Shown here piece by piece: positions 27,177 through 36,683 of a DNA stretch of 64,000 nucleotides (its first letter is position 1; each line of letters begins with the position of its first letter). The notes under the pieces are model-generated. The model did not search any database and was not told the DNA's origin. It worked only from the letters and a program-made list of their open reading frames with translations. This DNA comes from a virus, in IMG/VR virus record IMGVR_UViG_3300046787_000316, positions 32,001 through 96,000 of that record; one strand, 5' to 3'. The position numbers and the translations under genes are program-made.

Positions 27177-28928
27177 TTACTCTTTATCCAAATCTTCTGT
27201 TAAAATCCTTGTTTTATTACCTTTCATATCCTTAAATATTTCTTGATAATTGTTTCTTGGCTTATATTTTACAGAACCTTCTCTTTGTTTTAGAGTTTTA
27301 ATCCCCAATGGGTCACGCCCTTCCGGATGGTCATCTTTTCCATATCTAACCGGGTCTTTTGGTCTACCAACACCATCTTCTTCTAATTCGGATTTTAATC
27401 TATCCAATTCCTCTTCAACATTAGTCGGTCCTCCATCTACTCCCGTTTCTTTCGCCGGGTCTACACCTTGCGTTTCTATCGATGTTAATCTAAATGCTTG
27501 TTTGGTATCATCCAATACTTGCAATGTTAATTCATCTTGCTCATCTTTAGTCATCTTCATTACTGCTTCATACATCCATTCTTTGGAGAACATTTTAGTC
27601 GCTTGCATTTGTTGAATTAATCCTACCTTTGCAGTATATAATTCTACTTGCTCTTGCTCATAAATTTTCGATGGTATTGTAAGTTCAATTGAGAATTCCG
27701 TTAAACGGTCATCTTCAATCCCTTGTGCATATAAGTGAACAATTGCTATTTTGGTTAATTCTGAAATTAATACTCTCTGAACTCTCTCAATAGTCTTAGC
27801 GAATCGGATATCCATAGCTGCTAATGTAGCTTTACCATTTGTATCTTCTTCATACCCTAAATATGCTTTTGGAATTTTCAATGCCGCCATCAATTTACCT
27901 TTTAAGTAATTGATATCACCGGTCATATCGTATTCCATACCTTTTAATGTATCGATAGATGTCCCATTATCATTACCACGAACTGGCATATAGTAATCTT
28001 CGATTAGGTTTTGCATATTGTATTTCAAATTATACTCACCCGATTTTTCATCTATAAAAGGAACTTTCTTAGATGAATTGATAATTTTTTGCATGTAATT
28101 ATCAACTTCATTAGGTGGAATATTACCAACATCGATTTTAAAGATTCTCTTTTCAGGAGCTCTCATTACTCTGTGGATTAACATCGCATCTTCTAACAAC
28201 ATTAATTGTTTCCAAACTCTTCTACCACCTTCAATCATAGATTTTCCGTAAGGTAAGAAGTTTGAATCTGAATTTAAACGGAAGTGAGCTATTTCATAGT
28301 TTTCAAATTCCTTTTTATTTGTTTGAGGCGAACCACCATAAGGATTCATATATGGTGCGTAAATAAATTTAACTCTTTGTGGGTTTTCCGGGTCAAACCC
28401 TTCCACTCTACTCATTTCATAAGTAGATAATGGTAAAACGTTTACAATACCCAATCCTTCTGCCATTTCTAATTGTAAAAAGAAATCTCCGTATTTAACT
28501 AAGTTTCTTGTCCAAGGCCAAAGGTTAAATTCTACATTAAGAATATCGTAGAATAAGTTTTCTAAAATTTGTTTGATATTATCATCTGGGTGATGGATTT
28601 TAAGAACCGTACCCATTTCATTTCTTGCAGTACATTCATCGGCATAAACATCCAATGCGGATGCCATAATCGGGTCCATGTCCATTGAATCGTAATCTCT
28701 GAATAAATCTATACGAACTTGTTGGTATGCCATCGATGATTCAATACCACTATTTCCACCATATCCAAAATTACTTACTTTTAATCTTGCATATCTGTCT
28801 ATAAGATTGGTGGTCATATTTTGATACTCATCCGTATCGATTACCTTTACACCATTCTGTGTTTGTCTAACTATTGTGTTCGTTGAAAATAATTTCTGTA
28901 ACCTACCGAATACTGTTTTATCTGCCAT
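27177..28928 (-). CDS. gp20: Portal protein (T4 gp20-like)
   Basis: LEDAMLIHRVMRAPEKRIFKIDVGNIPP, EDYYMPVRG, KLMAALKIPK. Confidence 0.95.
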   Translation of the reverse strand: MADKTVFGRLQKLFSTNTIVRQTQNGVKVIDTDEYQNMTTNLIDRYARLKVSNFGYGGNSGIESSMAYQQVRIDLFRDYDSMDMDPIMASALDVYADECTARNEMGTVLKIHHPDDNIKQILENLFYDILNVEFNLWPWTRNLVKYGDFFLQLEMAEGLGIVNVLPLSTYEMSRVEGFDPENPQRVKFIYAPYMNPYGGSPQTNKKEFENYEIAHFRLNSDSNFLPYGKSMIEGGRRVWKQLMLLEDAMLIHRVMRAPEKRIFKIDVGNIPPNEVDNYMQKIINSSKKVPFIDEKSGEYNLKYNMQNLIEDYYMPVRGNDNGTSIDTLKGMEYDMTGDINYLKGKLMAALKIPKAYLGYEEDTNGKATLAAMDIRFAKTIERVQRVLISELTKIAIVHLYAQGIEDDRLTEFSIELTIPSKIYEQEQVELYTAKVGLIQQMQATKMFSKEWMYEAVMKMTKDEQDELTLQVLDDTKQAFRLTSIETQGVDPAKETGVDGGPTNVEEELDRLKSELEEDGVGRPKDPVRYGKDDHPEGRDPLGIKTLKQREGSVKYKPRNNYQEIFKDMKGNKTRILTEDLDKE

Positions 28929-28948
28929 TTTAATTTATATATAATTTA

Positions 28949-28980
28949 TAAAGATAAGTAAAATTTTTTACATTTCCAAA
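28949..28980 (-). promoter_or_regulatory. Bacteroidota-type housekeeping promoter upstream of portal
   Basis: Minus strand TTTG-N20-TATCTTTA (consensus TTTG...TAnnTTTG, one mismatch). Confidence 0.55.
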
Positions 28981-28982
28981 TT

Positions 28983-29486
28983 TTACCATTTCCTACAAGA
29001 CCAGTATCTTGCTTTGTGTCTTGGACCTGGTTGGTCGCAATTATGTCTTGCTCTGAAACTTCTTCGTCTATCTGGGTTATTCTTTTTAATCTTAACTCCC
29101 TTTTGACCGAAGTTTACTTTTACAACATTACCCGATGGATTTTTTACATATACTTTGAACTTCTTAACATCGCCAGCCATTGGTTTGCCTAATTGGACAT
29201 TTCTACCTTGATATTCAGCTTCCTTTAAACATGCACATCCCTCGTTTAATGATTTATCATATCCTCGGATGAATGCGATGAAATCTTCCATATCTTCATC
29301 TTCGACATCATATTCTTCCGGCTCAACTAAACCATAATTTACATCATCATCCGAATCAATATCTTCTTTTACAGGTACACAATTAGGAACTTCTCTGCCA
29401 TCCTTATTTTTCATACCAATTTGTTGGTATCCTTTCCAACAAGGATTCTCATCTTCTTTTAATGGAATAAGATTTATTAGTTTCAT
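28983..29486 (-). CDS. Putative internal head protein, mosaic of small Cys/basic modules
   Basis: MKLINLIPLKE leader; CWKGY...VPNCVP module; VKVNFG...RRRSFRARHNC...ARYWSCRKW module. Confidence 0.6.
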   Translation of the reverse strand: MKLINLIPLKEDENPCWKGYQQIGMKNKDGREVPNCVPVKEDIDSDDDVNYGLVEPEEYDVEDEDMEDFIAFIRGYDKSLNEGCACLKEAEYQGRNVQLGKPMAGDVKKFKVYVKNPSGNVVKVNFGQKGVKIKKNNPDRRRSFRARHNCDQPGPRHKARYWSCRKW

Positions 29487-29511
29487 TTTAATTTAATTTG
29501 TAGTTTCAACT

Positions 29512-29519
29512 TATAAATA
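29512..29519 (-). promoter_or_regulatory. TATTTATA upstream motif
   Basis: 25 nt before ATG 29486. Confidence 0.5.
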
Positions 29520-29527
29520 TATAAAAA

Positions 29528-31135
29528 TTATTGAAGTAACCAAGTTAAGTTCTCAACTTCACCCTTACCTACCTCCATTTCGTATGGATTTCTGGAAAGA
29601 TATCCCGTTGATACAAATCCATCGTATTTATTTACTTGTGATGCGTTTAACATACTCTTAGTTAAATCAATTCCTTCTTGTCTTAATCTAAGTGCGGTAT
29701 TACGAACCCATAATCCAATAGCCAATGCCATCGTAAGGTCATCATTATATCCCTTCATAGCTTCAGCTCTACCACCACTCCAAATAAATGTAAACAATTC
29801 ATCTATTAATCGTTGTGAACGGATTATAATATCTTTATCATTCATATATGTATCCAATGCTGAAATAATAAGAGGACGGGTTTTAGATGTAGTGGAGAAT
29901 CCTGCAACCATTTGCTTTTCATCTCTGTAATACTTACTACTCATTTGTCTTTCAACATCGATATATTTTAAATCATTACTCATATAGAATAAGTTTGCAT
30001 AATTTCTATCAATTACTTGTTGAATACAAGCCCAACCTACGTTTGAGTTCTCAATTACTAAAAGTGCGTTATTATATTCAGTTGCCAATGCCGTTAAGAA
30101 ATTTCCAAAATCTTTAGTATCGATTTTACCTTTATATTCGGCAACTTGCGATGAATCCTCAATATCAATTACTTGGGCAGTGGAATAATCGGCTCCATCT
30201 CCCCTCGCAACGTCTGCGGATATCATATATTGTCTATTGTAGTTAGGATGTTCCCATACCCATAGATTGCCATCGAATCCTCTTTTTTCAACCGGGTCCA
30301 TTACATAGGTATCTTTATACCAAGTTAGTAATGCCGGGTCCATTACGGTATCTCCCGAACCAATAAAGTCACAATCACATTCCTGCGCTGCTCCTTTAAC
30401 TCCTAAGATACGAGTTTGTTCATCTCTCCATTTTTGGTCACGTTCAGGGTGAACAGTCCAGTGTAAATTAATACAATTGAATCCGTTTTGACCGGCTTCA
30501 CCTGCTACCCAAGTTTTATGAAAGAAGTTACCCACACCATTTGGTGTAGAAAGAATAATTGCCGAACCCCCAGTTGATAATGTAGATTGTGCTGATAACC
30601 AAATCTCATCAATATCTCTAATAAATGCTGCCTCATCCACTACCAACAATGATAATGCTTCCGAACGTCCTGCATCCGGAGATGATGCGATTGCTTTTAC
30701 TTGAGAACCATTTTTTAATTTAAGTGATAATTTGTTATCTTCTGCCGCTGCTGTACCACCATCTCTTAACCATACGGGTAAGAAATCGTGCATAACTCTA
30801 ACCTTTTCTACGAGGTTTTTAGCTACGGTTACTTTGGTTGCAATAACCAATGCGTTAAAATCTTCGTTGAAAATCATTTTCCAAAGAATAAATCCCGCCG
30901 ATAAGGTTGATAAACCTAATTGTCGAGATTTAAGAATGATATTAAATCGATTGTTTTTGAAGTCCGTTAAACAATCTTCCTGGAAAGGATAAAGGTGAAA
31001 GGGGATTTTCCCTCTCACCGGATGTTGAATAACACAATACTTTTTCATAAAGTAAATGGGGTCTAATGCACATTTACGATACTCTTCAGCGATTATTTCT
31101 TTTAGACTTTTCGTTGGTTTCCCTTGAACTGCCAT
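29528..31135 (-). CDS. gp17: Terminase large subunit (T4 gp17-like)
   Basis: Walker A LKSRQLGLST, Walker B LLVVDEAAF, nuclease ISADVARG and NDDLTMA. Confidence 0.95.
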   Translation of the reverse strand: MAVQGKPTKSLKEIIAEEYRKCALDPIYFMKKYCVIQHPVRGKIPFHLYPFQEDCLTDFKNNRFNIILKSRQLGLSTLSAGFILWKMIFNEDFNALVIATKVTVAKNLVEKVRVMHDFLPVWLRDGGTAAAEDNKLSLKLKNGSQVKAIASSPDAGRSEALSLLVVDEAAFIRDIDEIWLSAQSTLSTGGSAIILSTPNGVGNFFHKTWVAGEAGQNGFNCINLHWTVHPERDQKWRDEQTRILGVKGAAQECDCDFIGSGDTVMDPALLTWYKDTYVMDPVEKRGFDGNLWVWEHPNYNRQYMISADVARGDGADYSTAQVIDIEDSSQVAEYKGKIDTKDFGNFLTALATEYNNALLVIENSNVGWACIQQVIDRNYANLFYMSNDLKYIDVERQMSSKYYRDEKQMVAGFSTTSKTRPLIISALDTYMNDKDIIIRSQRLIDELFTFIWSGGRAEAMKGYNDDLTMALAIGLWVRNTALRLRQEGIDLTKSMLNASQVNKYDGFVSTGYLSRNPYEMEVGKGEVENLTWLLQ

Positions 31136-31136
31136 A

Positions 31137-31778
31137 TTATTTTTTTAGTTTAATCTTCCAATATACACCAGCTCCAATGAATGGTGTAAGTGAACCATTA
31201 GTACCATCGGTTACTTTGTTGGTAACACCAGCTCCTAATTGATAAAGTTTTTCACCCTTAGTTTTGATTATAATACCAGCTCCCATACTTGAGATTACAT
31301 CGGTTTTATTAAATCCACCATTGAATCCCCAATATACTTGAGTTTTAGGTAATTCTTTTACAATTGTAGTTTCTTTAATAGTTCTTTGTTTAACACTTGC
31401 ATTAAAAGTTCTAAATGCTATTTTATTTTGTGTAATAGTATCAGTTACGGCTACAGTTCCTAATGAATCTGGCAATACCAATACATCCTTATAAACATTT
31501 TTAGAATAATAGTTCTGTAAGATAGCGGTTGTATCTACTATTGTAGGGATAACAACTTCTTTAATTGTTTCGTGGTAAATATCTTCACCTTTTTTCGTTA
31601 CCACTTTGGTTTTGATTACATCAATGGTATCTACCGTGTGTTTGATAACTTCGTATTTTTTACCATCAATTCTGATAGTTCTTCCTGGCATATTTCCAAA
31701 TGGATTGAAAAATTCCATTAATACAATTACAATTAATACTGCAATTGCAATATTTTTTAAATTCAAATACTTTTTCAT
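31137..31778 (-). CDS. Membrane-anchored protein with C-terminal amphipathic beta strands (lysis/spanin candidate)
   Basis: Basic N-terminus plus hydrophobic IAIAVLIVIVLMEFF; ends PFIGAGVYWKIKLKK. Confidence 0.5.
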   Translation of the reverse strand: MKKYLNLKNIAIAVLIVIVLMEFFNPFGNMPGRTIRIDGKKYEVIKHTVDTIDVIKTKVVTKKGEDIYHETIKEVVIPTIVDTTAILQNYYSKNVYKDVLVLPDSLGTVAVTDTITQNKIAFRTFNASVKQRTIKETTIVKELPKTQVYWGFNGGFNKTDVISSMGAGIIIKTKGEKLYQLGAGVTNKVTDGTNGSLTPFIGAGVYWKIKLKK

Positions 31779-31781
31779 AAT

Positions 31782-32450
31782 TTAATTTTTTATAAGTTCT
31801 GGATGATTTAATTCACGTAACTTATTTTCTAATGCCAACTTACGTTCTAACAATGCTTCGATTGCATCATAAGCTCCATCAATATCACTTTGGATATCTG
31901 CTTTTACTTTATCAATATCAATATCCCATTGCCAGTTTTGAGTAGTCCCATCTTCATTTAAAATTTGGATTTGCTGACTCACTCCTTTTAATGCTTCTTC
32001 GTATTCATCTTTAACATCTCTAATGTATGCTAATTTATTCAAAGATATTTTATAATCTTCGTAGTAAGGCCAAGTCCCATCGGCTCTTAATTGGGTTTCC
32101 TCTTTTGCTAAGCAAGTGGCACATAATCCAGTCTTAGCTATCAATTTTTTATCAGCAGTACTATACTGAATTGTTTTACACTCTTCCGCTGAACAATTTG
32201 TTATTTTTTGTAAAAATTGTCTAACCTCATCGAATTTAGTAGTGTTAATTTTGAAACCATCTTTTTGTTCCCACTCCTTTCCTTCTTTATCAGTCCAAAT
32301 TTCACCTACTTCTCGTTTCTTTTCGGCTTCAACTTCGTATCCATGTACTCTTTGAGTATTATCCTCTCTACCAAATACAGTATCTATAATTAGTTTACGA
32401 GATGCGTGCATCCCCTTTGATTTTTCTTCGAAACTTGTTCTTTTTGCCAT
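31782..32450 (-). CDS. Hypothetical protein with Cys cluster and coiled coil
   Basis: CSAEEC...GLCATC possible zinc site; no family recognised. Confidence 0.55.
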   Translation of the reverse strand: MAKRTSFEEKSKGMHASRKLIIDTVFGREDNTQRVHGYEVEAEKKREVGEIWTDKEGKEWEQKDGFKINTTKFDEVRQFLQKITNCSAEECKTIQYSTADKKLIAKTGLCATCLAKEETQLRADGTWPYYEDYKISLNKLAYIRDVKDEYEEALKGVSQQIQILNEDGTTQNWQWDIDIDKVKADIQSDIDGAYDAIEALLERKLALENKLRELNHPELIKN

Positions 32451-32496
32451 ATTATTTTATTTTATAACCTTTGTATATATGTATATATATTATTTT

Positions 32497-35400
32497 TTAT
32501 TCGTAAAAGATACCTAAAATTTGATTCAATGGTGCAAATGTGCCTGTTAATTTATAAGTGTTACCTTTGTAAACAAATACAATTCCCTCATTAGGAACTA
32601 TCTTATCAATTCCACCAATAGATTGTAATCTTGCTAATTCCTTTTTCAATTTATCAATTTGAGCAGGATTTCCAGCCGTTCTAACTTGCGCTGAAACTGA
32701 TTTTAATTTATCTTTCATTGAACGTACTGCCGTATCTGGGTTTGCTGTTAAAACTGAACCCATAAATGATAACACATCGGCTCCAACTCCTAAAAATATT
32801 TCCTCAAATGGTCTAATATTATCTTTTTGTTGTTTTGCTACGTTTACTTTATCATTATCAACCGCCCATTTTTGCAATGTAGGGTCTGATATTGTATTTA
32901 AACGGAAAGATTTATCATAGAATCCCCATCTTCTAATAAGAGCATCCTTTGTAAGTTTATCAACTTTTATTGGTGCTTTCTTATCAATGAAATTACCCCA
33001 CCACGCGGTATGGTATGCATCAACCCCATCACTATCTTTTAATCCAAATTCAGATTGTAATTTAGAAAGTCTTGAAAGGTATTGAGATTGTTTACTATCC
33101 AATACTTCGTTTTTAGGAAGTTCAGTTACCGGTGGCCCTTGAATTGTATATTTCGATTGAACGTGTCCATTGGTTTGTTTAATCATTCCAGCCAATATAG
33201 TTGCCGCACTTTGGTCAGCCCCAATTGCTACACCTTTTTCATCATAACAAGTTGTATTGTGGAATACTAATAATGGTTGTCCGTAAGGAATTACATTAAC
33301 AGATGTAGGCCATATTACTTCCAAATTCATAAAACATTGTCCTTCTTTGAATATTTTATCTTTTTGTGCTTTTGATAATCCACTAATAGCGGCAGTTAAA
33401 TCTTTCATAGCGTAGTTGTACGCATCTGTTAAACCACCTCTACCACCAAACTTAGCCGCAACATCCTCTATACCCATCGCATTTGCTCCTGCGTTTGCCA
33501 AATGTCCTTTATTACGAGCTGCAATTAATCTTCCGTTTTTCCAACTGATTGCCAATGCCTGTCCATCGGTTTTTTCTCTTGTCAATTCCAATTTACCAGT
33601 CAATGCTCCTTTTATGATATTTTTTAAATCACCAAAAGTTAAATCCATATCATCAAATGGATGCGACATGTGTCCGTATGCCCCACCTTCCAATAGTAAT
33701 CCTTCATTAACCATTTTAGGAGCTGATGATTTAAAATCACCCTTTCTCATTATGGTTTTTGCGATTACTTTATTTGCCGATTTAACAAATGGAATATTAA
33801 TATCACTTCTACTATCGGTAACAACAATCTCCTTATATTTGTTTATGAAATCAGTAAATTCCTTTTTATGTTTTGCTAATCTTTTAAAAAATCCAGTCAA
33901 TTCGGCATCTGATATTTCTTTGCCATTTCTCGGGTCATTTACTCTATCGAAAAAATGTTTAGTAAATTCAATATCTTCGGGTGACATTTGAGAATCGGCA
34001 TACTTTTCAATTTGATTCAAATTCGATTGAGCCATTTCAGCCAAACCCAATGCATCCGTATAATCGGTTACCTCTTCATAATCACTATATCGTAATTCTT
34101 TTGCAATTTTATCCCAAGATGAATTTGGATTCTTAGTAACAACAGCTGCTATCTTTTTTCTTGTAAAAGAACTAGCTCTATCATACATTTTTTTAATTGC
34201 TTTGTAATGCCAATCTTCGTTATGCACTTCGTTTGTGTTATTTTTTTCTTCTGCTCTTGGAATTCTGAATGTAGTTGCCTTTTTGCCATTAATCGTTGGC
34301 ATTCCGTGGTCATCTACACCAATATCTTTTACTGTAACTTTTTTGTTTTTAAACTTTCCCATCAATAAAGTATCACCTTTATCAACATCTAAGTTAATAT
34401 CTTCATTATAAATTTGTTTGTTAATTCTACCATATTCCCTCATTAGAATTCCTGCTACCGCATGGGCTTTGTTCTCAATATCAGAGCCATCTGCTCCATC
34501 TTTTTCAGAATCAGTAACTAACCCCATTTCATCTTGCTTTCTATGTACCATCTCATGTGCAATAGTTCTCAAAATATCAGCAGTCAATCTACCTTCGGTT
34601 GCAACATATATCTCTTTAGTTTCAGGACTATACCCACCTAATGATGTTTTAACTTCTGCAAATTCTCTTCCACCAACTAATGTTACTTTAGGAGTTTCTG
34701 CTAATTTCAAACGTTTAGTGGCATATTCTACAAAGTGCTGAATTGAATTTTGCTTAGTATCTGAAAGATTTTCATTAATACCTTGCATCAATTGCTGTGC
34801 ATCTTGTTGTGGTTTTTGTTTTTTATACGATTCAATGGATTCCAACATCTGTTCATCAGTCATTTGATATGTTTCCATTTTTTTCAATGCCGATTTAATA
34901 ACATTTGCTGATATTGTTTGGTAATCTTCCATACCATTGATTCCTTCTAATAATCCACCGGTTGCTGTTGATAAACCTGCGCCAACTCCAGCGGCAGAAC
35001 CGGCTCCCAATCCCATTGCTTCCAATGTAGCATGTTTACCAATATCTTTTAATAAGTGTAATCCAAATCCACCTACCCCATGAGTAAACGCACCAGCTGC
35101 ACCATGTAATGCGGCACCACCAGCGGAAGCAACCGCTTGTCCACCCATAATTGCCTTAGCCGCTGCTACTCCTGCGCCACCTAATGCCATTGAGCCCAAT
35201 AAAAGTCCAGTAGTTGTAGCGGCAGTTTTCATAGCCCCTATTTGTTTTTTACGAGTTTCATCGGAATATTCCCATTCACCCGTTTCTTTGTTTTTGGTTG
35301 AACCTATTTTTTGCCCATTTGCCAATGCTTTAACCGCATCAGCTGTTCCACCCCAAGCTTCTTTTTGGTGATGTGCCCAATGAATCACTCCCTTACCAAA

Positions 35401-36669
35401 TGCCTTGGTTGCATTTTTAATATTATTCCAAGCCCCTTTTCTTTCAGAAGATTGTGGGTTATTTGTAGAGTCTAAAGTTTTCTTATCATCATCCGATAAT
35501 TCACTCTTAGCTTTATCTAATTTTTGTTTAATTTCGGCATCCTTCTCATTACCTTTAGGCATTTCTGCTTTAGATTTTAATTCAGAACCACTTAGTTTTT
35601 GTGGATTTGGTAATTCAGGTTCGGATGGAGTTTCCCCATTACCTTTATCTGCTTTACCTTGAGCCGTTTGGTCTTTCTTAACGGGTTGACCGGGTGCAGC
35701 TGGCTTAGCCGCTTGAGTAGCTGCTTTACCTTTTTGTGCATTTGGTTCGTTAGCAGGCGCATCATCCGGTCCTACCATTTTTTTAGCCTGAATATGAGCA
35801 GGATGTTCTTTTGCTAAACGTAATGCTCCTCTAACTGTAATCTTTTTCTTCTTACCATCGGATGCCGTATAATCAAATTCCTTATCCATTATAGGATTAC
35901 CACCATCAGCTTCTGTAAAATAATTTTTAACGAATTGTTCAAATATATCTTCAGCGATAGCTCTATCCATTATCTCTCCAATCGGGTCGTATGGTGCTTT
36001 ATTTCCATCAAATGCCTTTTTCTCATCATCTGGATGTTCCGTTTCATGTCGTGTTGGATGTGGCTCAGGTCTTAACGCAGAAGATGGTTCTGTATTTATA
36101 GATTCATTTAATTTACCTGTTATCATATTGAATATATCTTTATCAAATTTTGGATATGCTTTTAAAAATCCTTTCTTTTTTGCTTCATCATCCCCATTAC
36201 CTAACCAACTACGAACATCAGTTCCGCTAATTGCGTTGGTTTCAGCGGGCACTGGATACACATAACCTATTTCACCATACCCATATCCCGTCTTACCATT
36301 ATATGGTTTAAAATACTTCCCAGCCAATCTATCAGCATCTTTTTGTCCAACGGCTGCAATGTATGCCGTAGTTTTATCATCAAATTTACTTAAAATTTCT
36401 TTTGGAGCGTATGGGTTACTAACATTTACTATTTTGTTTGAAGGTATCCCAAACATCTTAGTCATAATTTTTACCTTTTCATTGAAATTGAATGGTGATT
36501 TATCATTATTTGTTACATTTGATGTACCAATATACACATTGTTAGCACCAAATTTTGATGCCAATTTTTGGTATGTTTTATAATGCCCTTGATGGAAGGG
36601 TTGAAATCGACCAGCATATACTACTATGGTCTTTTTAACTTGCGGTTTGTCTGCTTCTTTCAAATTCAT
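32497..36669 (-). CDS. Multidomain protein: HxGH nucleotidyltransferase + glycine-rich hydrophobic segment + HExxH zincin + ligase-like nucleotidyltransferase
   Basis: YAGRFQPFHQGH and ISGTDVR; HEMVH (34543-34557); EKTDG (33562-33576), NLEVI, EGIV, YKLTG; domains separated by [ILV]xE linkers. Confidence 0.7.
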   Translation of the reverse strand: MNLKEADKPQVKKTIVVYAGRFQPFHQGHYKTYQKLASKFGANNVYIGTSNVTNNDKSPFNFNEKVKIMTKMFGIPSNKIVNVSNPYAPKEILSKFDDKTTAYIAAVGQKDADRLAGKYFKPYNGKTGYGYGEIGYVYPVPAETNAISGTDVRSWLGNGDDEAKKKGFLKAYPKFDKDIFNMITGKLNESINTEPSSALRPEPHPTRHETEHPDDEKKAFDGNKAPYDPIGEIMDRAIAEDIFEQFVKNYFTEADGGNPIMDKEFDYTASDGKKKKITVRGALRLAKEHPAHIQAKKMVGPDDAPANEPNAQKGKAATQAAKPAAPGQPVKKDQTAQGKADKGNGETPSEPELPNPQKLSGSELKSKAEMPKGNEKDAEIKQKLDKAKSELSDDDKKTLDSTNNPQSSERKGAWNNIKNATKAFGKGVIHWAHHQKEAWGGTADAVKALANGQKIGSTKNKETGEWEYSDETRKKQIGAMKTAATTTGLLLGSMALGGAGVAAAKAIMGGQAVASAGGAALHGAAGAFTHGVGGFGLHLLKDIGKHATLEAMGLGAGSAAGVGAGLSTATGGLLEGINGMEDYQTISANVIKSALKKMETYQMTDEQMLESIESYKKQKPQQDAQQLMQGINENLSDTKQNSIQHFVEYATKRLKLAETPKVTLVGGREFAEVKTSLGGYSPETKEIYVATEGRLTADILRTIAHEMVHRKQDEMGLVTDSEKDGADGSDIENKAHAVAGILMREYGRINKQIYNEDINLDVDKGDTLLMGKFKNKKVTVKDIGVDDHGMPTINGKKATTFRIPRAEEKNNTNEVHNEDWHYKAIKKMYDRASSFTRKKIAAVVTKNPNSSWDKIAKELRYSDYEEVTDYTDALGLAEMAQSNLNQIEKYADSQMSPEDIEFTKHFFDRVNDPRNGKEISDAELTGFFKRLAKHKKEFTDFINKYKEIVVTDSRSDINIPFVKSANKVIAKTIMRKGDFKSSAPKMVNEGLLLEGGAYGHMSHPFDDMDLTFGDLKNIIKGALTGKLELTREKTDGQALAISWKNGRLIAARNKGHLANAGANAMGIEDVAAKFGGRGGLTDAYNYAMKDLTAAISGLSKAQKDKIFKEGQCFMNLEVIWPTSVNVIPYGQPLLVFHNTTCYDEKGVAIGADQSAATILAGMIKQTNGHVQSKYTIQGPPVTELPKNEVLDSKQSQYLSRLSKLQSEFGLKDSDGVDAYHTAWWGNFIDKKAPIKVDKLTKDALIRRWGFYDKSFRLNTISDPTLQKWAVDNDKVNVAKQQKDNIRPFEEIFLGVGADVLSFMGSVLTANPDTAVRSMKDKLKSVSAQVRTAGNPAQIDKLKKELARLQSIGGIDKIVPNEGIVFVYKGNTYKLTGTFAPLNQILGIFYE

Positions 36670-36672
36670 ACA

Positions 36673-36680
36673 TATAAATA
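36673..36680 (-). promoter_or_regulatory. TATTTATA upstream motif
   Basis: 3 nt before ATG 36669. Confidence 0.45.
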
Positions 36681-36683
36681 TCT

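Noticed and set aside
32473-32490. TA-dinucleotide runs here and at 56199-56216 upstream of genes
   Set aside because: Low-complexity AT sequence; two imperfect copies are not enough to call a motif.
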